Notes: generated by a model from the letters alone, not told the origin. A stretch of 64,000 bases of DNA from Anthoceros angustus (GCA_010909165.1 MU008160.1:1984001-2048000); one strand, 5' to 3'; counted from the first letter of the stretch, positions 24,350 to 37,424 are shown. Made by a program: numbers and translations.

Positions 24350-24843
24350 TTATACTCAATGAAATTAGATTGTCTAGTGCGAGTCTCGTTTTCCACAAAA
24401 TGAAGTAGTGCTTCATTTTTGACCGACAAAGACGGATAGACTAATCTCATAACAGAAGGGGTTCCATCGTGTCGTTCATTTTGACCGTTCATTCACACAC
24501 TCCCGAGGCTAGAGGTTCACTCACCGAATGTGACCGGTTTCTCTTCCAAATCAGTCCTATGCATTCGAAAGACCCCAATATTTCCATGGACCGAAAATGG
24601 GACGGGCAAGTTATGAGACTATATATCTATTTTATATCAGAACGCTTGCTGAAGATTTCTCCCCCGGGGTTGTTTTGATTTATTTTCAAAATACCAAATT
24701 AAAAAAAACCTATTTTATATCGAGTTTCAGTAAGAACAATAATTTTTGAAGGTGAGGAAGAGAGTGATTAATATTATAAAATGAGAATAAAAAAATTCTT
24801 AGATCATAATTAGACTATTTTAATCTACAATAGCGCTATACTG

Positions 24844-24946
24844 GTTGAGAATACAATGTCATCCTAAGTGGACTTGAGTAGACTTTCTTTTTGTCGTTGA
24901 GAATAGAATGTCGTCCTTAGTGGACTTGAGTAGAATTTCTTTTTGT
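24844..24946 (+). repeat. Imperfect ~52-bp tandem duplication
   Basis: gttgagaata(c/g)aatgtc(a/g)tcct(a/t)agtggacttgagtaga(c/a)tttctttttgt occurs twice. Confidence 0.85.
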
Positions 24947-25562
24947 TTGGTTAGCTATGAAGACATATTAGTACATTAAAAGGGGTTTGGTTTGTTAGGG
25001 TAGGTGTACTTCATAGAATAACAAGTAGAGATGGGGGCAGCCTATGTACCATAAAATACTCAAGGAGGCCCTTAGGCTCTCAATGATAAGCAGCAACAAA
25101 GCTTGTGTCTAAAATCACCAATAGCGCCTATGTTATGGTGTTTAAGTTTGTTAGGTTAACCCCATGATAGTCAAACAGCTCAAAGTCAGACTTGTTGGGT
25201 AATTAGAGGATAATATGTTTTCTAAAAATTTGTTCAACCATTTTAAATAGTTCATTTTTAAGAAAACATTTTCAATAGTTTTGTTTCCTCCATAGCTCTC
25301 TCTACACATGATAGTTTTATTCTTAAAAGCTCCAAAAAGATATAATTTAAAATCTTGGTAAATTGAAAAAACTCTTAAGGCTGCTTTCTATGAAGCCCGA
25401 ATATTTCGCGGTCAGTTTGCAACTTAAGTTTCTCGAGGAGACCATTTCACTTTCCATGGTATTGCAGCTTCGGTCGATTCCCGAAAAAGGTGGCTCATAG
25501 CCCGTCCAAGGTTACCTGCTTCGTGCGTGCGATACTACAACCTCGCGAGGGCGCGAGTGAAG

Positions 25563-26716
25563 ATGGAGGATGACCATGTCCACAAGCGCCTGGCAATTGC
25601 CTCTTTTCTTGCATCAGCAATCGCTATGCCTGCTGCGCTGTGTCAAGTGAGATCTACATAAAAGACAGGTGCTTGGCTTGGTGGAGTCTCTTCAAAGAAG
25701 CAACATGGACGGCTGATTCAGAACGCTTCCGACGGTTTTTAAGAATGACTCCTCCCACTTTCACTTACGTGTGTAATCTAGTGGCTGAAGATCGGCCGGA
25801 AGACCCGGCAACTCTCGATTCAAATAGAGGCATTGGTTGATTTTCAAGTGGTGTCGCATTCGGTGGCCGAGGACACACTCAAGTCAATTGGAGAATTGTT
25901 CGGAATGGCTGACTCTACAGCATCAAAAATTGTCTGGCGAATTGTTCGGGCTATGATCAAGAGAGGAAGGCATCACATAAGTTGGCCTCAAGGCCCAGCA
26001 TTGGCAACCACAAAGGCCGAATTTGAAAGGCATCAAGGATTGATAAATTGTTGTGGTGCAATCGATGTCACCCATGTGAAAATTGAGCTCATGACACGGG
26101 GAATGGCAACTGACTATTTTGATAGAAACCATGATTACAGTGTTTGCATTCAGGGGGTTGTCGATATGAACATGCGATTTTTGGATGTTTTGCGGGCTTC
26201 CTGTGTTACATCAATGATGCTAGAATTCTCAGCAATTCAGGCTTATACCGGAAAGTCATGGCAGGAGAAATCTTAAACGGGGACCATATTAGAGTCAACA
26301 ACTTCGATGTTCGAGAGTTTATAGTGGGCGATGCAGGCTACCCATCGCTGCCTTGGTTATTGACACCCTTCCCAGGCAGGCATGTCTCTCCAGAGAAGGA
26401 CTATTTCAATTTTAAGCATTCCTCTTCATGCATGGTGGTAGAACAGGCTTTTGGGAAACTTAAAGGAACATGGAGGCTGCTAAGCAGAAGCATTTGGAAA
26501 CCAAATATGGACTCGTTATGGGCAATCTTAATGTGTTGTTATTACTTGCATAATGTCCTCATTGACAAGGGTGAAATGCTTGCAGCAGACAGTGATGAGT
26601 CTGGTCATGATGATGGTTATCGAACAATTCCTTGTAACAACATGAATGTGAATGGTGACAGGCTTCGCCAAAACATAGCCAGGTTCTTGTGGACTAGCAG
26701 ACAACAACAGGATTGA
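25563..26716 (+). pseudogene. PIF/Harbinger DDE transposase (HARBI1-like), frameshifted
   Basis: FRRFLRM..TF, CCGAIDVTHV, QGVVDMNMRFLDV, NDARIL, GDAGYP, VVEQAFGKLKGTWRLL, CCYYLHN, spread over 3-4 frames. Confidence 0.92.
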
Positions 26717-26729
26717 ACTCCTGAATTTT

Positions 26730-27733
26730 CTATGACAGTTTGTCTCCTAACTTGCTCAATGCATCTCCTGTTTTCATAAAAGCATGCACGAATCCCTCTC
26801 CAATTTGATTCTGTGATTGTATCAGGACACGATTGTGCTCTATGAGGTCATTGTGGACCCTCTCTTGAAATTCCATGTTCGCTTTATGCCTCTTCTCCTT
26901 GTTGATTTCCGTTGCGCTCAACTGATCAACAAAATCATTGGTCATGGCCACAAACAAGTCCTCTCCCTGCTTCGCAGTTAGAACTTCCTTTTCTTCCTAG
27001 CAGAATTCAAACCATCAGGCTGGATCATCGGATTCCATGCATGTTTAGACATCTGGTGAAGGAAGTCTTGATTGGTTGATCGACCATCCCCTGGTGATGC
27101 CTCTCTAGAAGAACCTAGAGTATCTGCAACATATGCATGAAGGTCGATAGGTTGAGCTGTACTTGTTGCTCCAATACAAACCTATGAGTCTGAAGACGGA
27201 AAAGGCAAAGCTACATCCTGGTGGCATGGTGCTGGTGTCACTCAATTGCTCCCAATCTGGAGCAATAGCCTGTGAGTCTGAATACCACAATTCGACGGCA
27301 TTGAAAAGACTCTGGTCGAAGGTAGCTGGCAGTTTCTTTGCCTTCTTCTGCTCTGCCGTCATCTGCCAATATGTGTTCTGACCACTTAGTGGACGCCGGC
27401 AATGATCATTGATTTTTTTCCAGTCCTGAGACAAACTGTCCCATTTGCTTCGCGCTTGGCTGGCTGTGCACATTACACCGTTAGCCTTGCAATAGGTGAC
27501 CACCTCTTCCCATCGTTCAAGGCCTTCTTATTTTTCTCCCTGCTGCCACCCAAGAGTCGAGCTTCGTGGTCAATCTTCTTGGCAGCCTGCAAGATATGAA
27601 GTTCCTGCAGTGTCCGCAACTTTCGAGGTGCCTTGAATGTCCGGTTCGTGGCAGGAATGTGGCTGGTGCTCGAAATTGTGGGCACAAGGCCTACACCAAG
27701 TTGTGAGATTGGGGAAGCATGGAAGCTGCCCAA
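26730..27733 (-). CDS. Myb/SANT (trihelix-like) DNA-binding partner ORF of the Harbinger element, spliced, possibly degenerate
   Basis: ELHILQAAKK..CTASQARSKWDSLSQDWKKINDH..YWQMTAEQKKAKKLPATFD, plus a C-terminal coiled coil (ORF 26730-26957). Tail-to-tail with the transposase, as is typical for Harbinger. Exon limits are approximate. Confidence 0.8.
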
Positions 27734-28506
27734 ATCCCGGCAACAAAGCTAAAGGCAAGGATGCTGAGCTTGTGGGACAATTAAGAACGAAGGTTGAAGT
27801 CGCAACGAAGGCTTGAGACTGATCTGCGTCTTCCGGACCCATCGATCTGCAACAGCCCTCCAAAATCTGCACCGAATGCAGGTATGCCGAGACCGACGAG
27901 TGCAATGGAAGTTTGCAATCCCCTCTAGAGATTGCAAGCGAATTGAGAAGGAAGCCCCTACACCTCTACCGGCAAAGGCCCGTAGCCTTGTGTGGAGTGG
28001 GAACTCGTGTCTAGAGACACCCTGAGGTCCACATTCACCCTCAATGTCATTGTAGGCCTAGGATTCGCTCCCAAGGGAATGGTTTGTGCCAAGAGACGCT
28101 AACTTCTATCACTATTGTTCTTTGGCTAATCCTGACTTACCTGCGGTCACTCCTCTTACCTATCACTCAACCCCTACTAGTACCCCCCGACTTGCCTAAC
28201 TACCACTGATCTTATTCTACGACCACACGTCTTATTCTACAACCACGGTTCTTATTCTACCACCGTCGCTCCCGAGCTACCACCACGGTGGCTCTCACAC
28301 CTACCGGGTTGCTCCGACCACCGAGGTGAGTCCCACTCCTAACCTGTAGATAGTATCAGTTAGTTCTAACCCTAGTTACTTAATCCTAGTTAGGGTTCAC
28401 GAACCGTTGCGTGCTCCTTGAGCGTTAAGAACCTTTCTGCTGCTCTGAAACATAACATCTTTCAATACAATTTCAGTCTTCGTTACTCCATGAAATACCA
28501 TTTTCA

Positions 28507-28518
28507 TGGTATCAGAGC
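28507..28518 (+). other. Primer binding site complementary to the 3' end of tRNA-iMet
   Basis: TGGTATCAGAGC directly after the 5' LTR, the standard plant iMet PBS. Confidence 0.93.
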
Positions 28519-29039
28519 AGGAACTAATCGAGTAATTTCTTTTTAAGAAATGTCTCTTCTTATAAGAGCATTTTCTTTCCTTACAAGAAAATTTTATTTT
28601 ACAATGCTTTTCATTCTTTTTAATTAGATTACAAAATGGAGCAACACTCAGATCCTTCATATAGACCTGAAAATCTTTCTTTCAAAACTAATATCTCAAG
28701 AAGAAATAACATGGATCTTCACTATGATTTTATTATTTTAGAAAGAAAAATGGATCTCATTCAGTCTAGAATCAATATTTTTATAGAACATATGGATTTA
28801 TTTAATTATCATATTCGAAATTTAATCTATGATGTTAATACAGTCATCACATCAAACAGACCCTCTACCAAGTCTCAATCTTCTCAAACAGAAAAAGAAT
28901 AGAAATTACGGTTCTTTATTTCTTAGCAAATTCTTTTTCTCTAAATGTTTCTTTAATATCTAATCTTGAAATTTACAGTACTTTCTTTCTTAAGATAACA
29001 ATTCTTTCTTTATTTATTAGAAGTTATTTCTTACAAATC

Positions 29040-32000
29040 ATGGCAACTTCTAATTCTCGTTCTTATAATATCGAAAAAGCATCGATTCTAATTGGCATAC
29101 TTGATCTTTTTAAACTTGTATGCTACTCCAAAATTAGGCCTTTGGCACATAGTATCTGGAACTTGCTTGAAACTGCTGCGGTCATCTTGATGAAGGCTTG
29201 GATCACCTCGATGAATCTGCTCAAAGCGAAATTGTTCTCCATTTAGGAGATCGCCACATTACCAAAGTCAAGCGGCTTAACTACCTCTAAAGCTATTTGG
29301 GATAAGCTCTCTGGCTGTTTTCAAGAGGTGAGTTTAACAACTCAACTCTTACAGCAGGATAAACTTGCTGCTTTAAAGCTCAAGGAACGGGAATCTGCTA
29401 TTGATTTCCTTTCAACATGGGAACAAGCCCTCGATGAGGCCCTCTCATCAGGCTTGGCAGTGGATGAAAATACGCAAGTAATGTACTTGCTTCGCTCCCT
29501 GCCCCCATCGTGGAGACCTTTTGTGTCCACAACTTCCGACAACCTGGCTAATCCTCTAACCCTTACATCGCTATTGGCAAAAATTAGGCATGAAGCTATT
29601 TTGCGGTGTCCATCTTTCGAGATATTAACACCACGAACCTCAGCCTATCGCTGGTCCTAACAAACCGAAATATAGGGCAAGGTTCCTTTCACACTGGAAC
29701 TAGAAACAAACCACCTCCAAATAATCCGCTCATAAACACCTAGTTTGCCACTCAGAAGAAGAAGGGTCACATAGCCCCAGTTGTGCATAGCGAAAACAAG
29801 ATAGAGCTAATGGCGTCGACCACCGACCACAAACCCTTCAACCGGGCTCTCAATCTGCGGCCCTTCTACATCTACCCCAATAACGCCGTCTTATCTGTTT
29901 ACTGCACACTCTTCTATGTCGTTACCGGCTCCTCTCTTCGATTGGTGGCTCCTTGATAGTGGCTGCACGGAGGTATATGACTCCTCGAAGAGAATGGTTT
30001 CTCACATATCTCCCTCTGGAGAAGCAGAGACCTGTTCATATTGGTGACCTCCACCCTTCTGGGTATTGCTACGGGCACCGTACAAATCCAAATACAAGGC
30101 GTCACTGCCTATGTAAAAGATGTACTACATGTCCCTGGCCTTTCTCAAAGTCTGCTTTCTGCGTATCAGGCCACATCCAAGGTTGGCAACTCTATTATCT
30201 TTTCCCACCAAGGTTGCGAAGTTACATTGCGAGCCACTAATGGGCAAAGCTTCAAGCTTGTCTGTCGTGCTATGGGCAGTCTCTATCCCATAGCTCGTGG
30301 CCTTGCTCCTTCGACTGACGGCATATCAGAACCTTCCTCCTTCAGTCTAGCTATAAATCCCAACCTAAGTCATCAGACTAAATTGTGGCATTTGAGGCTC
30401 TCTCATCTTCACATTCGGGGCACACAAAATCACGAGAACAGCAGATGGTTGAAGGTTTACCTCCGTCGACTTGCCCATACCCTGGTTGCCTTACTGGTAA
30501 GCAACATAGCCAACCCTATCCTAGGTCCGCTCACACACCTCTAATGTACTTGAGGTTGTTCATGCCGACTTATGTGGTCCCATGCAGACTCCTTCCCTTG
30601 CAGGAAAATTGTACATCTTTGTCATTCTCGATGACTACAGTCACTTTACCACCCTCTACTTCCTTACTCACAAGTCAGAGGCATTCTTCAGTTTTAAAAC
30701 CTTTCAAGCTTTAGCTGAAAATCAGACTGGTCAGCGCATTAAGATTTTTCGGTCAGACAATGCTAAGGAACTAACTTCCCTTGCCTTTGAAGCTCACTTG
30801 TTGGCCCATGGCATTCAACATCAGAAGATAGTGCCCTATGCACATCAGCAGTTGGGCAAGGCGGAGCGCCGAAATCGGTCCCTTATGGATGCTGTCCGCA
30901 GCTCCTTGGCCACAGCCCATCTTCCAAATTATTTATGGGCGGAATCTTTCTTTTCTGACTATTACGTGCAAAACCGCTACGACTGACTGCTCGCAAGACT
31001 CCGTATGAAGTATGGACAAGCTGCAAGCCCAATGTTAGCCACTTTCGCATTTTTGGCTGTGATGCCTATGCCCATGTTCCACCAGAATTACGGAAGAAAT
31101 TGGATCCCCGGTCCACCAAACTGACCTTCATTGGCTACGGTGAATCTGATGGAGTTAAAGGCTATCGCTTGTTGAACAGACAGACTCGTCGGGTTATTCT
31201 TGCCCGCAATGTCATTTTTAATGAGCTGCCTCTCTTGACAGACTTCGCCGCTCCGCAAGATAATCCAGCCCCTGATTCACAGGCCTCTATGGAGACGTTT
31301 ATCCATGATGGTGCTGCCTATGTACCTCCCTGTGGAGTGCCAAATCCGATGTCCGTACTCCTGGCGACTTGTCTTAGGCTTGTTTTGTTTTTTTGGGTGC
31401 ATTCTTGTTAAGAGGGATAGGGAGGTTAGCCAATAAGGCGGTTTGGCGATTGCACTGGTGTGCAATCCTAGACCTAGGTCCGTCCGGGCGAGGTCTCTGA
31501 GTGGTCCGTCGGGCGACGAGTGGTCCGTCCGGGCGAGGTCCGGCGGAGTGGTCATTCGAGGTCGACGGAGGGTCTGTCCGGCGAGGTCCGACGGAGGGTC
31601 TGCCCGGCAGGTCCGGTCGGAGTGGTCTGCCCGGCAGGTCCGACGGAGTGGTCCGTCCGGCGAGGTCACGAGTGGTCCGTCCGGGCAGGTCCGACGGAGG
31701 GTCTGGTCGCGGTCCGGCAGTGGTCCGTCCGGCGAGGTCCGGAGTGGTCCGTCCGGGCGGTCCGGAGTGGTCCGTCGGGCGGTCAATAGTCCGTCCGGGC
31801 GGTCCGGAGGTGGTCGTCGGGCGGTCGGCGGTGGTCCGTCCGGGCGAGGTCCGGAGTGGTCCGTCCGGGTGGTTTAGTTTGGTGGGCATCGCTGGCATGG
31901 ATCTCTTGTTTGGCGGGGCGGTGGTGCAAGAAGTCCGTGGGTGATGAGCTACGTCCGTGTTACCACGACCAGTTATGATACATACATAGGCGGGTTAGGT

Positions 32001-34656
32001 TAGGGTATGGGGAGTATAGGAAGGCTGGCGTCCAAGGCGGCGGACTATCCGAGTACCATCTTGGCTCGTGTGCTCTTGCCTTTCGGCTCGAGGAGGCGGA
32101 GTGAGTTCTGCGTCACCGTGATTAATTGGTGGTAGAGGATGTGTTTAGAGCTCGTGACGAGCTCCGCCAACACGCTTGATGGGTGCGAGGCCGGTCGGGG
32201 CACAGGCTCGGGAGGCGCTTGGGGGCGACTGCAGGCGGAAGCCATCCTTGGAGGCTTGGAGCAGAGGTGGGGATGCAGTGCGAAGCCACTTCTCCATGAG
32301 CGTGGGCCGGGGAAGGGCAAAAGGCTGGTGTGAATACATCGGCGTGTTGGTGTTGTGACTACTAAATGGGAATGGATAAGGGAGAAGGGTCACAGGCGTG
32401 TGTGTGTTGAGGTGGAGTTGTGGTGGACAGAGTTCGGGAGGCTGGGCGCTAAATCGTGGTGACGAAGCGTCGTTAAACTGTTCGGTGGTCTTGGAGCGGA
32501 GAGGCGGGGTTGTGGGAAGGTCCGTGGTACATCTTTGGACGAGTTGTGGAGGGCACACACTTAGGGTTGTGGAGCCGGACCCAACTGATGAAGTCCGCTC
32601 AGGCGATAGTGTGAGCTCGAGCGAGAATAAGCACGAGACCATTCCCTTGAGGAGCGGACCCTTCCTAGCGACACGGGATTGTGCGGCGGCAGTCAAGTCG
32701 CGCCACACTCCCGCACCCCATATTCCACCCCTCCCTCCACCTGCTGTCGTTACTCCTCCGACGACACCACCTGCAGGGTCCACCCCACCTCGGGCGTCCC
32801 CCTCCACTAGTACTCCGGGATTTCCCTCATCCACCCCCTCGCCCTATATTGTGTTATCTTCTCCTCAGATGGCTCGGCGTCCAATTCCTGGCAGACCTAT
32901 GCAGCTATTGGGGGGAGAAGGATCGATTTAGATTGCCTGACTCTGAAGAAGTGTTACTAACCTTTGCACTGCGGGCTACATGGTCCACGATTACGACGTT
33001 CGACAAGAACAAATAAAGGAGTACCAGGTACACGTTTTGATGACCTAGAGTACTCCAAAGGACTTGTAGCTAATTCCGTCTCTATGATCAGTGACCCTCG
33101 TGCCGTGCGAGAAGCACTTAATGGTGACGAAGGCACTGAGTGGTGAGCTTCCATGGATCGAGAGTTCAACTCTCTCATTGCTAATGAAACTTGGACCCTC
33201 GTAGACCCTCCTCCCGGTAGAAGCATTGTGACCAGTAAATGGGTACTAAGGAAGAAGTATAATGCTGATGGGAGTCTTTCCAAGTACAAAGCTAGACTCG
33301 TTGCACGGGGTTTTACTCAAAAGGATGGCTTAGATTATCAAAAGGAAAGCACTTTCAGTCCAGTGGTCAAGCTTACCTCCTTGCGGGCCATGCTTGCTTT
33401 ATCTGCCATGCACAACTTGCATGTACATCAAATGGATGTGCAAACAGCTTTTCTGAACGGTGTTCTTCGAGAGGAAATTTATTTATAACAACCGGAGGGC
33501 TATGTTAAACCTGAGGAAGCCCACAAAGTATATAAACTCCACAAGACCCTATACAGTTTAAAGTAGTCACCTCGTGGCTGGTACGAAAGATTTCAACTCC
33601 ATTTGCTTAGTAAGGGCTTCGTCAAATCCCATGCAGATTCAAGTGTCTTCATAAGAAGACAAGGTAATTTTCACCTTATCTTGGGTCTCTACGTTGATGA
33701 CCTTGTTCTTTGTTGCAACGATCTTAGTTTTCTTAACTTGATCAAAAGCGAACTCAGCAAGGAGTTTCTGATAACTGACAATGGCGTCCTCAAATTCCTC
33801 CTCGGCGTACAGGTTATCATTAACACCAATAGCATCAGTCTTCATCAAGAAAGATATGTAATAGACATGCTAGATAAGTATCAGATGCAGCATTGCAAAC
33901 CTGTCGACACTCCCATGCAAACTGGTGAGAGATTACGTTCCTCTATGTCTCCAAGCACTCCTGCAGAAATAGAAGAAATGAAGGATATACCCTATAAAGG
34001 TGTTGTGGGCAGTATACAACACTTGGTTCAGAATACACGACTTGATGTTGCCTGTGCTTGTAATCACACTGCTCAATTTCAAACTTCACCTGGGAAGCCA
34101 CATTGGGTGGCTGTGAAACGAATTCTTCGATATCTTCAGAAGACGAAAACTACAGGCATCACTTATACTGGTGGTGAGGGTGCCCAACACAAGCTTCTAG
34201 GATGGACAGACTCAGATTGGGCCGGTGATCCGGACACCAGAAAGTCCACATCAGGCTATGTTTTCACTCTCGCTGGAGGTGCTGTTAGTTGGAAGTGTAA
34301 AAAGCAAGCTTGTGTTGCTCAAAGCTCAGCAGAATCCGAGTATATTGCTGCACGGCCGCCGCCGTTTGGCTTGTTCAACTCCTACAAGATCTGCGTATCC
34401 TCATTCCAGCCTGTTGAAATTAAGTGTGACAATCAAGTCGCTATCTCTCTTTCTCGAGATCACGATTTCACGATCGCCTAAGCACATCCAATTGCGGTAT
34501 CATTACTTACGAGAGAAGGTGGAATCTCAAGAGCTATTTCTCACTTATGTCCCGACGTCGTACCAAGCGGATATCCTTACCAAACCGTGTCGCTACTCGA
34601 GCACCGCTGCGAGCATCGGGCTTATCCTCTATATCTTGAGTGCGCTCACCTCCTAG
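29040..34656 (+). pseudogene. Copia gag-pol, frameshifted and interrupted at 31331-32707
   Basis: ORF fragments 29040, 29328, 30041, 30582, 31100, 33153, 33603 and 34225 carry gag, GAG-pre-integrase (LWHLRLSH), rve, RT and RNase H motifs. Confidence 0.9.
31331..32707 (+). mobile_element. Gypsy-type solo LTR (1377 bp) inserted in the Copia element
   Basis: Starts TGTGGAG, ends CGCCACA, flanked by 5-bp TSD CTCCC (31326-31330 and 32708-32712). Contains an array of ~14-28-bp ggtccgtccgggcgaggtcc units (~31478-31870). Confidence 0.92.
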
Positions 34657-34973
34657 GATTACGGGGTGTGTAGATAGTGTCAGTTAGTTCTAACCCTAGT
34701 TACTTAATCCCAGTTAGGGTTCACGAACCGTTGCGTGCTCCTTGAGCGTTAAGAACCTTTCTGCTGCTCTGAAACATAACATCTTTCAATACAATTTCAG
34801 TCTTCGTTACTTCATGAAATACCATTTTCATAACCCTAGCGACTTAGTTCTGACGCGCGGCGCCGTGATTTCCTGCCACGGGGCTATCCCCTGCACCGGA
34901 TCAGACTTTATTTTGCACTCTACGTACACTTCACACATACACACTGGTTCCTAGAGACCGGGCTGGCACATAT

Positions 34974-36486
34974 TGTGGCGTGACTTTCGCTGACGGTCAG
35001 CCGGGCGCGCACAATCTCGTGTCGTTGTAGTAAGGGGGTTCGTTCCCAAGAGAATGATAGGCTCCGTTTGCCACGTTTCAATCGTTTCTCACCTCACGTA
35101 GTACCCGTTTCAGACTCAACCCACACATTCATCGTTTTACGACTAACTACCTGTGAACGCCACCGACAGCCCCTGGAAAACGCTTAAGGACCCGTTTCAC
35201 AGTATCATTCAAGTTTGTCCTGCTTCAGTCCGCTCCTCTCACCATTCACACTACACTCATCGTCCTTGGAGAAATCGCGGGTGGTCGGCATGTCCGGACC
35301 TCCTCCGCCGCCTCGCCAGCCTCCGTCCGGCTCTACATGCCCTCCCGAGTCCTCCTCGGCTCACATGCTCTGGGGCCCGTCTGAGCGTGCCGCTTGGGAC
35401 GAGCAAGGGTCCTTGATCGCTCTTCCCCGCACACACCACCACACGCTAGGTCCGCTACCAGACCTCGATAAGTCTCCCGGGCTCCACCGCCAAAGGACTC
35501 AGACTCACGTTAGCAAGAAGGCGCACAAGGGCCTGCAAGGAAACGCGGCATCAACACCAAGAGAAAGATACTTTACTAGAGCAACCTCAGCCCTCTTATA
35601 CTACGCCCAAGGTCGGCGTCTTTATTACACCCCTATTCTGAGCTGATGGCCAGCTCAGTGCGCCCTAATCGGCCGCCTACTATTTCCCCTTATTCCGCCT
35701 ATCTACGCCGTCGGTGGTGGGGCTGGGGTTGCTCCTGATTCCGCCTTGGCGCTGGCGGCCCAAGCCCTAGCCCTGACAACTGCGGCGCACCCAATCGGAT
35801 GATCCGCGAGGCGGGGCCCCTACCCCTCCTCGGACTCCGTCAGCCGAAAGCACACGCGGCCATGGGACGGCGTCACCACCAAGTCCTCCTCCCCATCTTT
35901 TCTTGTCTCGCTGGTGGGCCCTTGTACAGCGGGCCCTCTAAGAGATGGTTCTGTCAGGGCTGGTGGTTGGTGGCTCCCTTCTACTCCTTGAGTCTGGACC
36001 TCAGGGTCCAATCTCGACTCTGGAGTCCGGACCTCTAGGTCCGGTCTTCTCTCTGTGGTCCGGACCTCTGGGTCCGGTCTTCTTTCTGGAGTCCGAACCT
36101 CAAGGTCCGGACTCGCCTCTCGGGTCCGGTCTTCTAGGCCCATCCTTCCCCCTGGAGTCCGGACCTCAGGGTCCGGTCTCGTCACTAGAGTCTGGACCTC
36201 TGAGTCCAGACTTTCTTCAGGAGGCCGGACCTCGGGGTCCGGCCTTTCTTCAGGAGTCCGGACAAAGTCCGGACTCGCGAGCACCTGGGCTCGCCCCCCC
36301 GCTGGACTTATCAATGGCTCACCCACTGAGCCCTCCCGTGGTTCCAGGTTTCCCGGATGCGCCCCTTCTACGGCCTCCCCAGGGCCCTCCTCCCTTCCTT
36401 CCGTGCTGAGGTGCAGAGTGCTTACCTCCAGCTGACCTTCCTGCGTCCTGCTCCTCCTCCTCCGCTTCCCCGCCCCTGCTGTCACA
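34974..36486 (-). repeat. LTR related to 7399-8960, inverted orientation
   Basis: The reverse complement matches the 3' end of the first element's LTR (..cgacacgagattgtgcgcgcccggctgaccgtcagcgaaagtcacgccaca) and its 33-bp repeat array. The right boundary is tentative and no TSD was found. Confidence 0.78.
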
Positions 36487-36617
36487 TCATCAAGCAGGCC
36501 TCCTAAGGTCCTGGGTCAGGCTGCCTCCGAGGCCTTCCTCCCTCGCTCCTCCTTCTGACCCGTCTGGAAGTCCGCCCACCGCCGAGGGTGGCGCAAGGCC
36601 TCCAGGCCTTGAGGAGC

Positions 36618-37424
36618 TCATGGGTAGTAGGCAAAGTCCAATCGATTTGTTGAATTGCCTCCACATGGGCCGGGCACCGGAACTCCCTCCTCCAGGTGCT
36701 CAGCGGTTGGGCGTGTTGTCCGGCCTTTGGATCGTCTCACGCCAGCTCGCCAACCCAAGCCGGGCAGACTCCTTGATGCCGCCAAGGCCTGACACTTCCA
36801 GCCTTTGCTGCTCGACGTCTCCTCCTCCCTTCGTGCTGTAGCTCCACGGTTCGCCATGGAGCTTTGCTTCCTCCGCCTCCGCAACGGACAAGCAACCTCC
36901 GCCTCCTCCTCCGAGCTCTCGTCCCTCCGTTCATCCTTACGGTCCGCCAATTCCCTTTCCAGGCGGGCCGGTATCTCCGCCCGTCTCCTAGCTTCCTCCA
37001 GCTCCTTCTTCAGCCTAGCAACGTCCAACTCCTTGGATCGCCGCCTATTCTCCTCCGTCTTCAAGCGGCTGGGCGCTCTATCTCTGCTAAAGTCTTGGAT
37101 TCTCCCGTTGAGAATTCCGTGTTGCTCCGACGCGTCTTGGAGTTGCAGCTCCAGGGTGTCCTTGCTGCCTTCCAGCTCCTGCCGCCGCTCCTCTGCTTCC
37201 TGCGTTGGTTGGCGCCGTCTTCCGCCTTTTCGGTTCCCGCTGAGGCCGTCGGGGCTCAGCAGCTGCCGTTGTTGTTGGCTGCTGCCCTGCCGGAGCTGGA
37301 ACCGCCAACTCCCGTCCTGTGGCCGCCTCTTCCTGCGCCAGCTGCTCCGGTGGGGGCACCAGGAGGAGAGAAGCGGGGGTGTCCTCCCACACTTCCCCTT
37401 TCCGGAGTGCTCGTTCCTCCTCAC
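36618..37424 (-). other. Coiled-coil ORF antisense to the adjacent LTR copy (extra ORF of a Tat-like element)
   Basis: Heptad-like E/K/R-rich stretch (ELDVARLKKELEEARRRAE..RLERELADRK) directly upstream of the + strand LTR-like copy. No recognisable domain. Confidence 0.5.

Larger units (their letters stand above)
28345..34830 (+). mobile_element. Full-length Ty1/Copia LTR retrotransposon with a nested solo LTR
   Basis: 162-bp LTRs at 28345-28506 and 34669-34830 (TG..CA, 3 transitions apart), 5-bp TSD TAACC, PBS tggtatcagagc (28507-28518), purine tract before the 3' LTR. Order gag, PR (WLLDSG), INT, RT (KARLVARGF, QMDVQTAFLNG, LYVDD), RH (WTDSDWAG). Confidence 0.96.
27991..34970 (-). repeat. 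Gypsy-type LTR (~490 bp) split by the Copia insertion: 27991-28344 plus 34831-34970
   Basis: Both halves align colinearly with the uninterrupted LTR at 38353-38808. Termini are TGTGG and CACA. Confidence 0.75.

Noticed and set aside
31277-31944. Several 140-175-aa Arg/Pro/Gly-rich ORFs on both strands
   Set aside because: By-products of the GC-rich tandem array in the solo LTR.
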